Both the position numbers and the translations under genes were made by a program. A stretch of 64,000 bases of DNA, taken from contig JAWABU010000004.1 of assembly GCA_038884455.1 (NCBI GenBank), positions 906 to 64,905 of the forward strand, read 5' to 3'. Position 1 is the stretch's first letter. Each line of letters opens with the position of its first letter. The DNA is from Thermoplasmatota archaeon. Its GTDB lineage: Archaea; Thermoplasmatota; E2; DHVEG-1. The notes below the pieces were generated by a model. That model did not search any database and had not been told where the DNA came from. It saw only the letters and a program-made list of their open reading frames with translations. This document shows, piece by piece, positions 50,181 to 60,204 of this stretch.

Positions 50181-52445
50181 GTGGATGGTATGCGTATCAG
50201 GAATCAACGGAAGACTTCTTTTTTCATAGTTATGATAAGTATTTTTTTTGTAGGTTCATATATGCAGGTTTCAACGGTTTCTGCGCAGCAGGATCAAAAA
50301 AATGTTATTTCTGCCCAGTTCGACATTCGTATGGTTTCAGGGACTGTATTTCATGTGAATGTGTCGATGGATGTTGAGAAGATTATTTTGACGTCAAGTA
50401 TTAGTTATACAAAAAGTGATATACAACTCTTAATTGCAAGTACTGAACGTGCAGATATTGAGATGGTTGGTGCATTGAAATTAAAGCTTCGAGATCTCCT
50501 CGAAGATCAGATACGGAACTCATTTTCTCAAGCGCGCATTACCGAGAACCGAGTGTTACCAATATATCAGAATGCTGTTTTTTATGATGAGTATACGGTT
50601 ACTTTGACACCCGAATTTTTTACCATGTCATCATCGTATGAAATTGCACCGTTAGTTGATGGTATTCTTGATATGGGTGGTGTTGTTACCTATTCTTTTT
50701 TACTGCACGCGGCATATGGTTGGAATAATACGTATACCTTTATCCTTCCAGAGTATCTTGGTTTGAAATTTTCAAACACTGCAAATGTGAACACCCAACA
50801 GAACCGTATCACGTGGATGGTATTGAACTGGAACAGTCAGCTGAAAACAGAGCAAGCGCAATTATCAATTACTGAAAAAAAACCAACAACATCTGCATCA
50901 TCTGAAGATATTGCTCTTGCGTTCTCATTAGATACCACACCCATAGTGACAAATCGGTTGCAGCTTGCAGTTGATATAAACGTTTTAAATATTCGAGACT
51001 ATGCAATTCTTCCCTCTTTTGTTAGTGATTTATCTGCTATTCCTGCTGATGGCGTTCGTCTTTTTGTAAAATATGGGTTGATGTCGTGGGATGCTCTTTA
51101 TGAAAAAACCGTGAAAGCGGTTGCACAAAGTACTATAGCTATGATTGAGATTTCACGGTTAAATCAAAGTCTTAATATGAGTTTTTCCTGGGATGATACG
51201 TCAGCTGCTAACTGTTCAACGCCGTTTAATAGTTCTCAGATGGATTCAAATCCTCCGGTTCGAGCAGAGTTTGTTGATGATGATGTTGATCTTCGTTTTT
51301 GCGGTATGTCGTCTCGCGCGTTCTTTGGGTTAATTAATGCCGGTGCTCGCGCGCAGGTCTCTGCCGATGATATTAATTTTGGTGATAAACTTAACAAACT
51401 TGATTATCGGTATGATGTCTACGTATATTTACCTGAGAAAATCTTTTTGAATGGATTCAATGTGTTTCATTGGAACAGCAGCAATCCGTTTTCAGGAAAA
51501 TTTACCTCTGAATATCAACCAAAATCATCTTATTCGCAAGAACAGATCTCTACGTATGTTGAGGTTGATATCAAAAAAATGGAACTGAATTTATTTAGCT
51601 TTTTCTCCGGGAAAACAGAGCTTACTGCAACTGCGCATATCAAAGAAGTTGAAAATATCTATGTCGGTAAACTTCCGAAAGAATTTTCACTGTCGAAAAA
51701 ATTGAATCTATCGTTTTTGAATTCAGATGCATATAGAATCTGTATCGAGGAAGGTGTTTTTACGCAGGATCAGATTGAATCATATCTTACGAATAAAACA
51801 GTGATGTTCCAGCGTCATCTCGCAAAAGTTCTTCGTGGATTATCGGTCGTTGGTATTGTTGATCGAACTGCTTTTCTTGATTCGTTACGTTGGGATAAAG
51901 ACATTATGGTTATGGATGCTCATGATCCTGTGGTTTTTTCTGCATATGCGGATCAGATTCTGCCGGTGAACATTACATTATCTATTGCACCACCAAGTAT
52001 TTCAATTTCTGAACAAACATTTTTGTTGTCGAGTCTAGGAAATCAAAATGTGACGTATCGTTTTATCTTTCCGCAGGGTATTGCTATTAAAACTGCAAAT
52101 AGCAGTCTTGTTTCAGCGGTTAAAGATCGATTGAGTACTGGTCAAGAATTTGTCGAGGTTTTTTTTATTGGCAGTAGTAGTGGAGATATTTCAGATGTTC
52201 TCAGCTGTGTTTTAGATCCTTCGCCGATTTTTGTACTCAGTCTTTTCTTACCTTGTATTTTAAGCTTTGTGCTGCTGATTATTCTTATTATTATTGTATA
52301 TTTAATCCGTCGGAAGCGGCGATTTGGTGCTGGCCCAACGATAAAAAAACCAAAAAAGAGTAAGAGAAAAGAGGCTGAGGAGGAAGCTACTGGATACGAA
52401 GGTGAGGATTTTTATATTCCACCCCCACCGCCCTCTTCTCGGTAA
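50181..52445 (+). CDS. large secreted surface protein with C-terminal TM anchor and basic/Pro-rich tail
   Basis: Signal peptide and a long extracellular region with many N-x-S/T sites. C-terminal TM (FVLSLFLPCILSFVLLIILIIIVYLI) followed by RRKRR...PPPPPSSR. Confidence 0.6.
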   Translation: MDGMRIRNQRKTSFFIVMISIFFVGSYMQVSTVSAQQDQKNVISAQFDIRMVSGTVFHVNVSMDVEKIILTSSISYTKSDIQLLIASTERADIEMVGALKLKLRDLLEDQIRNSFSQARITENRVLPIYQNAVFYDEYTVTLTPEFFTMSSSYEIAPLVDGILDMGGVVTYSFLLHAAYGWNNTYTFILPEYLGLKFSNTANVNTQQNRITWMVLNWNSQLKTEQAQLSITEKKPTTSASSEDIALAFSLDTTPIVTNRLQLAVDINVLNIRDYAILPSFVSDLSAIPADGVRLFVKYGLMSWDALYEKTVKAVAQSTIAMIEISRLNQSLNMSFSWDDTSAANCSTPFNSSQMDSNPPVRAEFVDDDVDLRFCGMSSRAFFGLINAGARAQVSADDINFGDKLNKLDYRYDVYVYLPEKIFLNGFNVFHWNSSNPFSGKFTSEYQPKSSYSQEQISTYVEVDIKKMELNLFSFFSGKTELTATAHIKEVENIYVGKLPKEFSLSKKLNLSFLNSDAYRICIEEGVFTQDQIESYLTNKTVMFQRHLAKVLRGLSVVGIVDRTAFLDSLRWDKDIMVMDAHDPVVFSAYADQILPVNITLSIAPPSISISEQTFLLSSLGNQNVTYRFIFPQGIAIKTANSSLVSAVKDRLSTGQEFVEVFFIGSSSGDISDVLSCVLDPSPIFVLSLFLPCILSFVLLIILIIIVYLIRRKRRFGAGPTIKKPKKSKRKEAEEEATGYEGEDFYIPPPPPSSR

Positions 52446-53642
52446 TCATTCTTTTTTCTTTGTGATGAGTGCGTGAGGAATATATTTCAAGAAGGTAGGT
52501 ATTTTTTTGAGCAGCGGAAGTGCTAGTTTTGAGGGATAATCAATATCTCCAAATTGATTGATGATCTCAATACTTTTTTGTGAAGATAGTTTTTGGCAGA
52601 TATTGTTGAGTTGCTGGTCGTTGAGTTTTTTGTAGATGTTTCGAAATCGCATGCCGATTGCTAATTCCTTTCCGATGTCGCGGGTCCATGTAGTGTGATA
52701 TTTTTTCAGAAATGCATCTGTGAAATCTTGGGTTTCGAGTGCCTCAGCTGCAACAGTTGCACATTGTGTAGCACAGAGCAATGCAGGGTAGATTCCTCCA
52801 CCTGATGTCGGTTTGACGTGACCTGCCGCATCTCCAACAAGCATGACGTTATCTGTTGTTGTTTTCGTGAGCGGGCCAAGTGGTATGATACCACCGATGC
52901 GATGTTCGATGTCTATGTCTTTGAGTTCTTGTTGTTTGAGGAGTTGATTGAAATAATAGGTGAGTGGTTGTGTTGTTGTTCTGGTGGTACACAGGCCGAT
53001 CCGTGCTTTTGTTCCGTCTTTGTTTATAGGTATAATCCAGGCAAAGAAACCTGGTGCAATGTGTTGTCCGATGAAGATATGAACAAAAGTAGGATCAAGT
53101 GATGTATTAGTTATCTCAGCGCCAACAGCATTGAGGGTTTCTTTTGGTTGAGGAAAAGAGAACATTGTTCGAACAAGTGACTGTGGTCCATCGGCACCGA
53201 TCAGTAGTTTTGTTGTAAACGTTCTTCGTTTTTTTTTATAACGTGTTGTTATAGTTAGTTGGCCATTTTTCTTTTCTATATTTGTGACCTTGTTTTCTAA
53301 AATAAGAGATGCACCATTTTTTTCTGCTGATGCTGCAAGGTATTCATCAAACACCGGGCGATTGATAACGAGTGCATGGCTGGTGTCGCCACCGATGGTA
53401 AAGGTTTCTCCTGATGGTGAATGGATGATCGCTCCGGAGATACTGTTTTGAATGATAGATGCTGGCAGGAGTGTTGTGTAGTTGAAAATGCGTGAGCTGA
53501 CCAGTCCTGCACAGCTGAGCGGGAGTCCAATTTTTTTGTGTTCTTCTAAAACAGCAATAGTATATCCTTTTTTTGCAAGGTTGTCTGCAACAGTTGCACC
53601 TGCTGGTCCACACCCGACAATAACTGCATCGTACGAGGTCAT
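52446..53642 (-). CDS. geranylgeranyl reductase family FAD-dependent oxidoreductase
   Basis: FAD-binding motif YDAVIVGCGPAGATVA. GGR/ChlP-like length. Confidence 0.8.
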   Translation of the reverse strand: MTSYDAVIVGCGPAGATVADNLAKKGYTIAVLEEHKKIGLPLSCAGLVSSRIFNYTTLLPASIIQNSISGAIIHSPSGETFTIGGDTSHALVINRPVFDEYLAASAEKNGASLILENKVTNIEKKNGQLTITTRYKKKRRTFTTKLLIGADGPQSLVRTMFSFPQPKETLNAVGAEITNTSLDPTFVHIFIGQHIAPGFFAWIIPINKDGTKARIGLCTTRTTTQPLTYYFNQLLKQQELKDIDIEHRIGGIIPLGPLTKTTTDNVMLVGDAAGHVKPTSGGGIYPALLCATQCATVAAEALETQDFTDAFLKKYHTTWTRDIGKELAIGMRFRNIYKKLNDQQLNNICQKLSSQKSIEIINQFGDIDYPSKLALPLLKKIPTFLKYIPHALITKKKE

Positions 53643-53698
53643 ACGAAACGTTGTATGTCACCAAAGATTTATAATAAAACCGGTGATACGGATGTCCT

Positions 53699-54040
53699 AT
53701 GATGTTGAGTATTTGGTTCTTGCAGTTCTGTCAGTTTTTTGGCAATTTTTTTTCATTTTCTAAAAAAGATAAAAAAGACCAACAGCAAATAAAAGTATCT
53801 GACAAGAAAAATCTGTTATGTCGTTTTGTCCTTGATAGTTCTGGGAAAAAAGTTGGGGAGACGGTTGCGGTTGTTGATGAAGATATTCTTATTATTAAAT
53901 CAGGTTGTCAGTTTCTTGGTGTTCCTTTGAAACATGTTGAGGAAAATGGAAAAACTATTTTAGTTAAAGGTTTGATTGATTATACGAAAGCCTGTGAGCT
54001 TGGGGAGACCTGGCGGGAAACCGCTACTCGTGATGCATGA
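53699..54040 (+). CDS. PRC-barrel-like small protein
   Basis: Pattern G..VG.V.D...d...lvvk..g, plus an N-terminal hydrophobic segment. Confidence 0.45.
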   Translation: MMLSIWFLQFCQFFGNFFSFSKKDKKDQQQIKVSDKKNLLCRFVLDSSGKKVGETVAVVDEDILIIKSGCQFLGVPLKHVEENGKTILVKGLIDYTKACELGETWRETATRDA

Positions 54041-54426
54041 AGGTTTGTATGAGCAAGGAAAACAGTATCGATTTTGAATATAAGATGGTTCTCATCTCTC
54101 GAAAAGATCTACCACTTTCACCGGGAAAGTTAGCTGTTCAGGTTGCTCATGCTGCTGTTGAATGTACGCTTCTTACAAAACAACATAAATCAGTATGGTT
54201 TTCAAAGTGGCATCGTGAAGGTGGAAAAAAAGTCGTTGTAAAAGTTGATTGTTTAGATGATTTTTTTAAATTAAAAAATGATGCAGAAAAATTAGGGATT
54301 GCAGCAGTGATTATTACTGATGCAGGGCTCACTGAAATCCCTGAGGGTACACAGACTGTTCTTGGTCTTGGTCCCGCTCCTGCGGCGTTACTCGACCGAA
54401 TTACAGGTTCGCTTTCGTTGTTATGA
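54037..54426 (+). CDS. pth2: peptidyl-tRNA hydrolase PTH2
   Basis: KMVLISRKDLPLSPGKLAVQVAHAAV matches the PTH2 N-terminal signature. The ATG overlaps the upstream stop (ATGA). The true start may be the Met at 54085. Confidence 0.8.
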   Translation: MKVCMSKENSIDFEYKMVLISRKDLPLSPGKLAVQVAHAAVECTLLTKQHKSVWFSKWHREGGKKVVVKVDCLDDFFKLKNDAEKLGIAAVIITDAGLTEIPEGTQTVLGLGPAPAALLDRITGSLSLL

Positions 54427-54491
54427 ATCGGCAGTGTATATCTTTTCTTTGTGGAAAAAAACATTAACTACGACGCTGTTTATGGCGTGGA

Positions 54492-55850
54492 GTGTTGTTT
54501 ATGGAAAATCCTGTGTGTCCTCTTGAATATCGGTATGGTCGGAAAGAAGTAAAAGATATTTTTGGTGAGACAAGTAAACTTCAGTTTTATCTTGATGTGG
54601 AGGCCGCTCTTGCTCGTGCTCATGCTGCTGTTGGGAATATTCCGAAAAAAGCTGCTGATGAGATTTCGAGAAAAGCATCAGTAAAGTTTGTTACTGTTGA
54701 TCGAGTAAAACAAATTGAACAGGAAACCAGGCATGATTTGATGGCGGTTACAAAAGCACTCAGCGAGGTTTGTGAAGGGGACGCCGGGAATTATGTGCAT
54801 CTTGGAGCAACAAGTTATGATATTGTTGATACAGCAAATGCTCTTCAATTTTCCTTAGCGGCAGACTACCTCTCCAAAGAAGTAAAAGAACTGCGGCAAA
54901 CACTCGTCGGGCTTGCTCAGAAATATAAGAAGACGATTATGCTTGGTCGAACCCATGGTCAGTTTTCTATTCCTATTACGTTTGGTTTGAAGATGGCAGT
55001 CTATGCCATGGAAGTTGATCGTCATCTTGAACGTCTCCATGAATGTAAATCTCGGGTTTTAGTTGGTAAGATGTCTGGTGCGGTTGGTACTGGTGCAGCG
55101 ATGGGACCACATGTGTTAAAAATCCAGGAACTAGTCATGAAGGATTTGCGACTTGGGATTGAAGAAGCAGCAACGCAAATCGTTGGTAGAGATCGATATA
55201 TCGAACTGATCTCAGTTCTTGCAAATATCGCAGCAAGTATTGAAAAATTTGCCACAGAGATCAGGAATCTACAGCGGAGTGAGATTGGCGAGGTTTCAGA
55301 AGCATTTGAGTCAAAAAAGCAGGTTGGCTCCTCGACGATGCCGCAGAAACGTAATCCAATTGTTTGTGAGCAAATATGCGGTCTTGCTCGGGTAATTCGA
55401 AGTTTGATTATTCCTACCTATGAAAACGCACTGCAATGGCATGAACGTGATTTATGTAATTCATCCTCTGAGCGTTTTATTTTACCCCATGCATTGATAT
55501 TGACTGATTGGATTGTTTTTCAGATGAATAAAGTGTTTTCTGGTCTTCAGGTGTATCCTGAAAACATGGAGCGGAATATACAGCGATCTCTTGGTTTGCC
55601 GATGGCTGAAGCAGTGATGACAAAACTTGTTGAGAAAGGGCTTGGTCGAGGGCAGGCTCATGAAATCGTCCGTATGTGTTCACATAGAGCTTTTGAACAG
55701 CATCGTTCACTTCAAGAAATTTTATCGAAGGATCAGCAGGTTTCAACATTGTTGACTGACCGAGAGCTTGCAGAGGTACTTGATCCACAGCAGTATCTTG
55801 GTGTTAGTGAAGAGATTGTGGATCGTGTGGTGAAAAAACTTACCCGGTAA
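54492..55850 (+). CDS. purB: adenylosuccinate lyase
   Basis: Fumarate-lyase signature GSSTMPQKRNP. Confidence 0.9.
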   Translation: MLFMENPVCPLEYRYGRKEVKDIFGETSKLQFYLDVEAALARAHAAVGNIPKKAADEISRKASVKFVTVDRVKQIEQETRHDLMAVTKALSEVCEGDAGNYVHLGATSYDIVDTANALQFSLAADYLSKEVKELRQTLVGLAQKYKKTIMLGRTHGQFSIPITFGLKMAVYAMEVDRHLERLHECKSRVLVGKMSGAVGTGAAMGPHVLKIQELVMKDLRLGIEEAATQIVGRDRYIELISVLANIAASIEKFATEIRNLQRSEIGEVSEAFESKKQVGSSTMPQKRNPIVCEQICGLARVIRSLIIPTYENALQWHERDLCNSSSERFILPHALILTDWIVFQMNKVFSGLQVYPENMERNIQRSLGLPMAEAVMTKLVEKGLGRGQAHEIVRMCSHRAFEQHRSLQEILSKDQQVSTLLTDRELAEVLDPQQYLGVSEEIVDRVVKKLTR

Positions 55851-55868
55851 CAAAAGGAGATAGAAGAT

Positions 55869-56909
55869 ATGGATTCCTATGAATTGATTGTACGCAATGC
55901 TGTTGAGGTTGTTACCCATGATGAACTGCGTGGAGTATTGCAAAAAGATAGTCCAAAGATGTATATTGGTTTTGAACCGTCAGGTTCAGTTCATCTTGGT
56001 TGGATGATTTGCATTCAAAAAATGAAAGATTTTCTAAGCGCTGGATTTGAATGTATCATTTTGCTTGCTGATTGGCATGCGTATATTAATGATAAACTCG
56101 GTGGCAATCTTGAGAAAATTCAGCTCTGTGGAACGTATATGGAGCATTGTTTTGCTGCACTTGGTCTTGATACGTCAAAGATTCGTTTTGTATATGCTCA
56201 TGAGTATGTTGGTGATTCGAAATACTGGGAGTTAGTTTTGAAAACCGCGAAGGCAACGTCGGTTGCTCGGGTGAAGCGTGCGATGGATATCATGGGTCGA
56301 AAAGAGGAGGATATGGAGAAAGATTTGAGTAAGTTGTTGTATCCGGTTATGCAGGTTTCTGATATTTTTTATCTTGATGTCGATGTTGCATTTGGAGGTA
56401 TGGATCAACGTCATGCACACATGCTTGCTCGTGATGTTGCACGAAAGTTGAATCGAAAATCCCCGGTTGCTGTTCATACACCGCTTCTGAGTGGTTTGCA
56501 GGCTGGTAGTCGGATGGATCCTATTGAGTCGAAGATGAGTAAAAGTAAGCCTGATTCTATGATTTCGATTCATGATTCATCGGAGACTGTAAAACGAAAA
56601 TTAGGTAAAGCGTTTTGTCCGGAGAAGCAGGTTGAGGGTAACCCGGTTTTGGAGCTCTGCAAGTATGTTATTTTTCCTTGGTTAGATGGTGCTGTTTTTG
56701 TGATCGAACGTCCTGAGAAGTTTGGCGGTAATCTTGAGTTTGACAGGTATGATGCTTTAGAAAATGCGTTTCTGCAGGGGATTCATCCGTTGGATTTGAA
56801 AAATGCTGTTGCGACGTATATAACTCAGATGCTTGAACCGGTTCATAGGTATTTTCAACAGCATCAAGAGGTTCTTGAAAAGATGAGAAGTATTGGTATT
56901 ATTCAGTGA
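55869..56909 (+). CDS. tyrS: tyrosyl-tRNA synthetase (archaeal type)
   Basis: KMSKS motif (KMSKSKP) and a class I HIGH-like region GFEPSGSVHLG. Confidence 0.85.
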   Translation: MDSYELIVRNAVEVVTHDELRGVLQKDSPKMYIGFEPSGSVHLGWMICIQKMKDFLSAGFECIILLADWHAYINDKLGGNLEKIQLCGTYMEHCFAALGLDTSKIRFVYAHEYVGDSKYWELVLKTAKATSVARVKRAMDIMGRKEEDMEKDLSKLLYPVMQVSDIFYLDVDVAFGGMDQRHAHMLARDVARKLNRKSPVAVHTPLLSGLQAGSRMDPIESKMSKSKPDSMISIHDSSETVKRKLGKAFCPEKQVEGNPVLELCKYVIFPWLDGAVFVIERPEKFGGNLEFDRYDALENAFLQGIHPLDLKNAVATYITQMLEPVHRYFQQHQEVLEKMRSIGIIQ

Positions 56910-57211
56910 ACCTCTTTGTTTGCCTGCGTTGTTTTTGGTGATTGTTCAACGATGTGGTCAATTATTTTTTTGGTTTGTCTGCGGATTTCTGCGATTTCTT
57001 TTGGGACGAATTGGTATTGTTTCATGACAACTTCTGAAGTGAAGATGAGTGTATGAAGAAAGATGGCTGGATTCCATTGTTCTTGTTCTGCTAGTTTGAA
57101 GACTTTATTGACGTTGTTGAGAACGTCCTGGGTTGTATAGCTTTGTGGTTGTTGGTTTTGATGTTCTGGGTTTTGGTTCATAGAATCACGCAGACCAGAG
57201 CAATCAACCAT
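56903..57211 (-). CDS. hypothetical protein
   Basis: No family recognised. 7-nt convergent overlap with the tyrS stop. Confidence 0.4.
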   Translation of the reverse strand: MVDCSGLRDSMNQNPEHQNQQPQSYTTQDVLNNVNKVFKLAEQEQWNPAIFLHTLIFTSEVVMKQYQFVPKEIAEIRRQTKKIIDHIVEQSPKTTQANKEVH

Positions 57212-57352
57212 ATTTAGGTCTTTCTGTGGAATAAAAGATTCTGAATGGTCGAACCATTTTTCACGTTATTTTTCTTCTAAATTTATATCACATATGATAC
57301 AATTTTTTGGTTTGTATTCTGCTCTGTGACCGAGTTTATATGATGGGTTGTG

Positions 57353-57832
57353 TTATCGGCGCTGGAATGTATTTTTCTTCAATATCAAGTTATCAATATC
57401 TTTATGAATATCTGGCGTCTGATCAATAATTTTTGGCATGGGAAGTTGCCGTGTCTGTTCGAGTGTCGAAAAGCGATAAATTTGTCCATGGAGGCGGGTC
57501 ATCTCACGATCAATTTGCTCTTGGAGTCTGAGATTTTGCTCTCTGAGTTCTTTGATCTCTTCTTTTAAATGAAGGATATAATCTTGGATAATAGGGTTTA
57601 CGTCTTCCTCCTGAACCATTTGGTTTACTTGCAGGTTTCCCTCTAACGACTGCTGGTTTACCCTGGTTGAGTGTACCTCTTGGTTTCCCACAGGGCATTT
57701 TATATCTTCAAGGTAATGCCAGAGTGCCTCTCTGAGAATTTCACTGTTGCTTTTTCCTTGTTTGTGAAGCTGGTCTATGATTCCTTCCTCTTGATGGGTT
57801 AGTTTCATCGCAATTGTTCTACCCATATGCAT
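57353..57832 (-). CDS. ribbon-helix-helix (CopG-like) protein with coiled-coil C-terminus
   Basis: RHH motif MKLTHQEEGIIDQLHKQGKSNSEILREALWHYLE and a heptad-rich C-terminal region. Confidence 0.6.
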   Translation of the reverse strand: MHMGRTIAMKLTHQEEGIIDQLHKQGKSNSEILREALWHYLEDIKCPVGNQEVHSTRVNQQSLEGNLQVNQMVQEEDVNPIIQDYILHLKEEIKELREQNLRLQEQIDREMTRLHGQIYRFSTLEQTRQLPMPKIIDQTPDIHKDIDNLILKKNTFQRR

Positions 57833-57964
57833 TCCATCCTAGTTACAAAAGGTAAACATATTTCCGGCATATAAATGTTGATGTCTTGATTAGTTTTTGA
57901 TGTATTGATCACAATGATTTGACGAGTGTTAGGCTAAAAAGATCTTGCAGTATTCGTTTGTTTT

Positions 57965-58807
57965 CTACATACGATACATCTTGAATACCCACCCCTTTTT
58001 TGGTTTCTTTTGCTGATCTTTTGGTCCGGGGATGTTTGGTATGGTTGTTTCAACATGGGATTCAAGAGAGTGGTGTATCTGATGGTCGTGGATGCTTGGT
58101 TTTCGTGTTTCTTCAAGATAAAACATAATACGATCGAATTTATCATCGAGTCGTTTAATGGAATCTTTGACTTGTGTATAATACTCGGTCTGGAATGTAG
58201 TGTAGGTATCTCTGAGATATTGCTCTTGGGCAGTGTATCTCTTTTTCCACTCTTGAAGTTCTTCTTCGAGTTGTTTGGTGCGAAGTGATAATTCATTGAT
58301 ATATTGATTGAGATAGTCATGCGGTACGTTTATTGGTTGTTGGCCTGTGTGGTATACCGGTTTCTCCTCCTGTTGGTATACCACTTTCTCCTGATTTTGG
58401 TATACCGGTATACCAGGTTGGTATACCGTTTTCTCCTGATTTTGGTATACCGCTGTATCATTTTGGTATACCTTTTTCTCATTTTTCTCCTGTTGTTTTT
58501 GGTATACCGGTTGGTATACCGTTTTCTCCTGATTTTGGTATACCGGTATACCAGGTTGGTATACCGCTTCACCGATTTTCTCCTGTTGTTTTTGGTATAC
58601 CGGTTGGTATACCGAGCTAAAATAATTTATGAGTGCTTCGCGCATAAGTGTAGTCGGTGAAATGCCTTGTTTTAAAATGCGATTTACGATTTCTTCTTCT
58701 TCAGCAGTAAGTTTTAATGAGAGAACTTTTTTCATATTCTTTTTCCCTCGCGATTTTGGAAAGTACATGCAGAGAATTGACTCTGCAATCATCTGGTTTT
58801 TCGTCAA
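57965..58807 (-). CDS. ribbon-helix-helix protein with VYQ tandem-repeat region and coiled-coil C-terminus
   Basis: RHH motif LSLKLTAEEEEIVNRILKQGISPTTLMREALINYF. Repeats VYQP/VYQN/VYQK about 14x. Likely start is the Met at 58735. Confidence 0.6.
   Translation of the reverse strand: MTKNQMIAESILCMYFPKSRGKKNMKKVLSLKLTAEEEEIVNRILKQGISPTTLMREALINYFSSVYQPVYQKQQEKIGEAVYQPGIPVYQNQEKTVYQPVYQKQQEKNEKKVYQNDTAVYQNQEKTVYQPGIPVYQNQEKVVYQQEEKPVYHTGQQPINVPHDYLNQYINELSLRTKQLEEELQEWKKRYTAQEQYLRDTYTTFQTEYYTQVKDSIKRLDDKFDRIMFYLEETRKPSIHDHQIHHSLESHVETTIPNIPGPKDQQKKPKKGWVFKMYRM
58330..58620. repeat. array of about 14-15 copies of the palindromic octamer GGTATACC (higher-order ~135-bp duplication) inside the RHH gene
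   Basis: Direct reading: GGTATACC occurs every 12-30 bp. It encodes the VYQ repeats on the minus strand. Confidence 0.85.
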
Positions 58808-58925
58808 AATTCTTATTTTTTGAATTCTGAAGGTCTTACTTATAGTTTATTCCCTGTTGTCGGTACTTTTTTGATCACTTTCCGAGTACTCGAGAGGACC
58901 TAGAATAGAACAAGGAGTGAGATTT

Positions 58926-59138
58926 TTACTGCTGAACCATAAATATGAAGAGAGTTCCTAGGATCATAAGGAGAACGAAACATAGGGTAAATGGAATCTT
59001 GATAGTATATGTACAAAATGATCCAATAATTCCTGTAGTTATACCTCCAATCCAAAATAATGCTGCTGTTGGTTGTTGAGGATATATGATAACTGCTAAA
59101 AAAATGATGATGCCGATCCCAAACAGCACCTCATACAT
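58926..59138 (-). CDS. small membrane protein (2 TM)
   Basis: Two hydrophobic helices. Confidence 0.45.
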   Translation of the reverse strand: MYEVLFGIGIIIFLAVIIYPQQPTAALFWIGGITTGIIGSFCTYTIKIPFTLCFVLLMILGTLFIFMVQQ

Positions 59139-59437
59139 ATGTTGTCATCATCCTTGGTTGATATCTCCTCATGGTATATCTTTCTTATTTATTGTATTTA
59201 TACATTTTGAAGCAAAATGTCACAAAGATATGTAAAATTTTTAAAGGAAAAATTGTACGTTTTTAGTTCGTCTTTACTTTGGTACTCGAGCTGAGGAGAT
59301 TGTTTATGAAGAGCAACGAGGTTCCCTGTTTCACCAACGCAGAAGTGCCGGGGGAAGTCGTATTCCAATATATTTATATATGAAATCAGTATATACGCAT
59401 ATAAACACGTTTTAATACGTGTTGATAGGTGAAAGAT

Positions 59438-59680
59438 ATGAAAAAAGCGCAAATCCTAGGTTTGATACTTCTTATAGCGGGGATACTCCTTGTAGCACTC
59501 TCTTCAATGTTTGAAAGTTTACAAAAACTGGATCTTTTGACGATACCCGTACTTATGCTCTTCGCAGGCACAATCATCATTATCGGAGTTATTGTACTAC
59601 TTTTATCAATTATTTTTGAACAAACACGTGATATGAACAAAAGAAAACAAGAGATCAAAAAGGAGGATTTTGAACCATGA
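59438..59680 (+). CDS. small membrane protein (2 TM), first gene of YbjQ operon
   Basis: GGTGA RBS 6 nt upstream of the ATG. Two TM helices. The stop overlaps the next gene's start (ATGA). Confidence 0.55.
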   Translation: MKKAQILGLILLIAGILLVALSSMFESLQKLDLLTIPVLMLFAGTIIIIGVIVLLLSIIFEQTRDMNKRKQEIKKEDFEP

Positions 59681-59979
59681 TACTCTCAAACACTGATTTT
59701 ATCCCTGGGAAAGAAGTAGCTGAAGTTCTTGGCTTAGTCCGGGGAAACACCGTCCAGGCAAAAGTATTCTATAAAGACATTGCAGCTGGTTTTAGAAACT
59801 TTGTCGGCGGCGAAATCAAAGAATACACCGAGATGCTCTCAGAGGCACGTGAAATTGCATTAAAACGCATGGAGCAGAAAGCAGAAAAACTTGGTGCTGA
59901 TGCCATCATCAATGTTCGTTTTATGACCTCTGCAATCATGGCAAGTGCTGCAGAAATTTTGCCTATGGAACCGCAGTGA
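59677..59979 (+). CDS. YbjQ/UPF0145 family protein
   Basis: Matches along its full length (ILSNTDFIPGKEV..VLGLVRGN.V......KDI.AG.RN.VGGE...Y.....AR..A..RM...A..LGADAII..R). Confidence 0.8.
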   Translation: MILSNTDFIPGKEVAEVLGLVRGNTVQAKVFYKDIAAGFRNFVGGEIKEYTEMLSEAREIALKRMEQKAEKLGADAIINVRFMTSAIMASAAEILPMEPQ

Positions 59980-59997
59980 AACTCAAATAGGATACGT

Positions 59998-60189
59998 ATG
60001 GGGATCACGAATCTTATCATTTTCATCTCAGGACTTCTAGTGACTCTCATCGGTCTTGGTGCGTTTATCAATCCAAATCTTGCTCGTTGGATCAATGCAC
60101 CAGGAGCTCCAATCATCAAAGCAATCATTGCACTGATCATTGGTATCATCATGATTGCACTGAGCGTCTTCATCCAATTCCCAGGATAA
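59998..60189 (+). CDS. small membrane protein (2 TM)
   Basis: Two hydrophobic helices. Confidence 0.5.
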   Translation: MGITNLIIFISGLLVTLIGLGAFINPNLARWINAPGAPIIKAIIALIIGIIMIALSVFIQFPG

Positions 60190-60204
60190 AGGAGTGCAAA
60201 AAAC

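Noticed and set aside
58330-58620. Regular short repeats (GGTATACC every 12-30 bp) that could be mistaken for a CRISPR array
   Set aside because: The repeat is only 8 bp, the spacers are irregular and partly repeated, and the whole region is an open reading frame encoding VYQ repeats. No cas genes are nearby.
59198-59452. 84-aa minus-strand ORF between the small membrane gene and the YbjQ operon
   Set aside because: It overlaps the promoter, hairpin and RBS of the plus-strand operon. It is AT-rich with no motifs and is probably an intergenic regulatory region instead.
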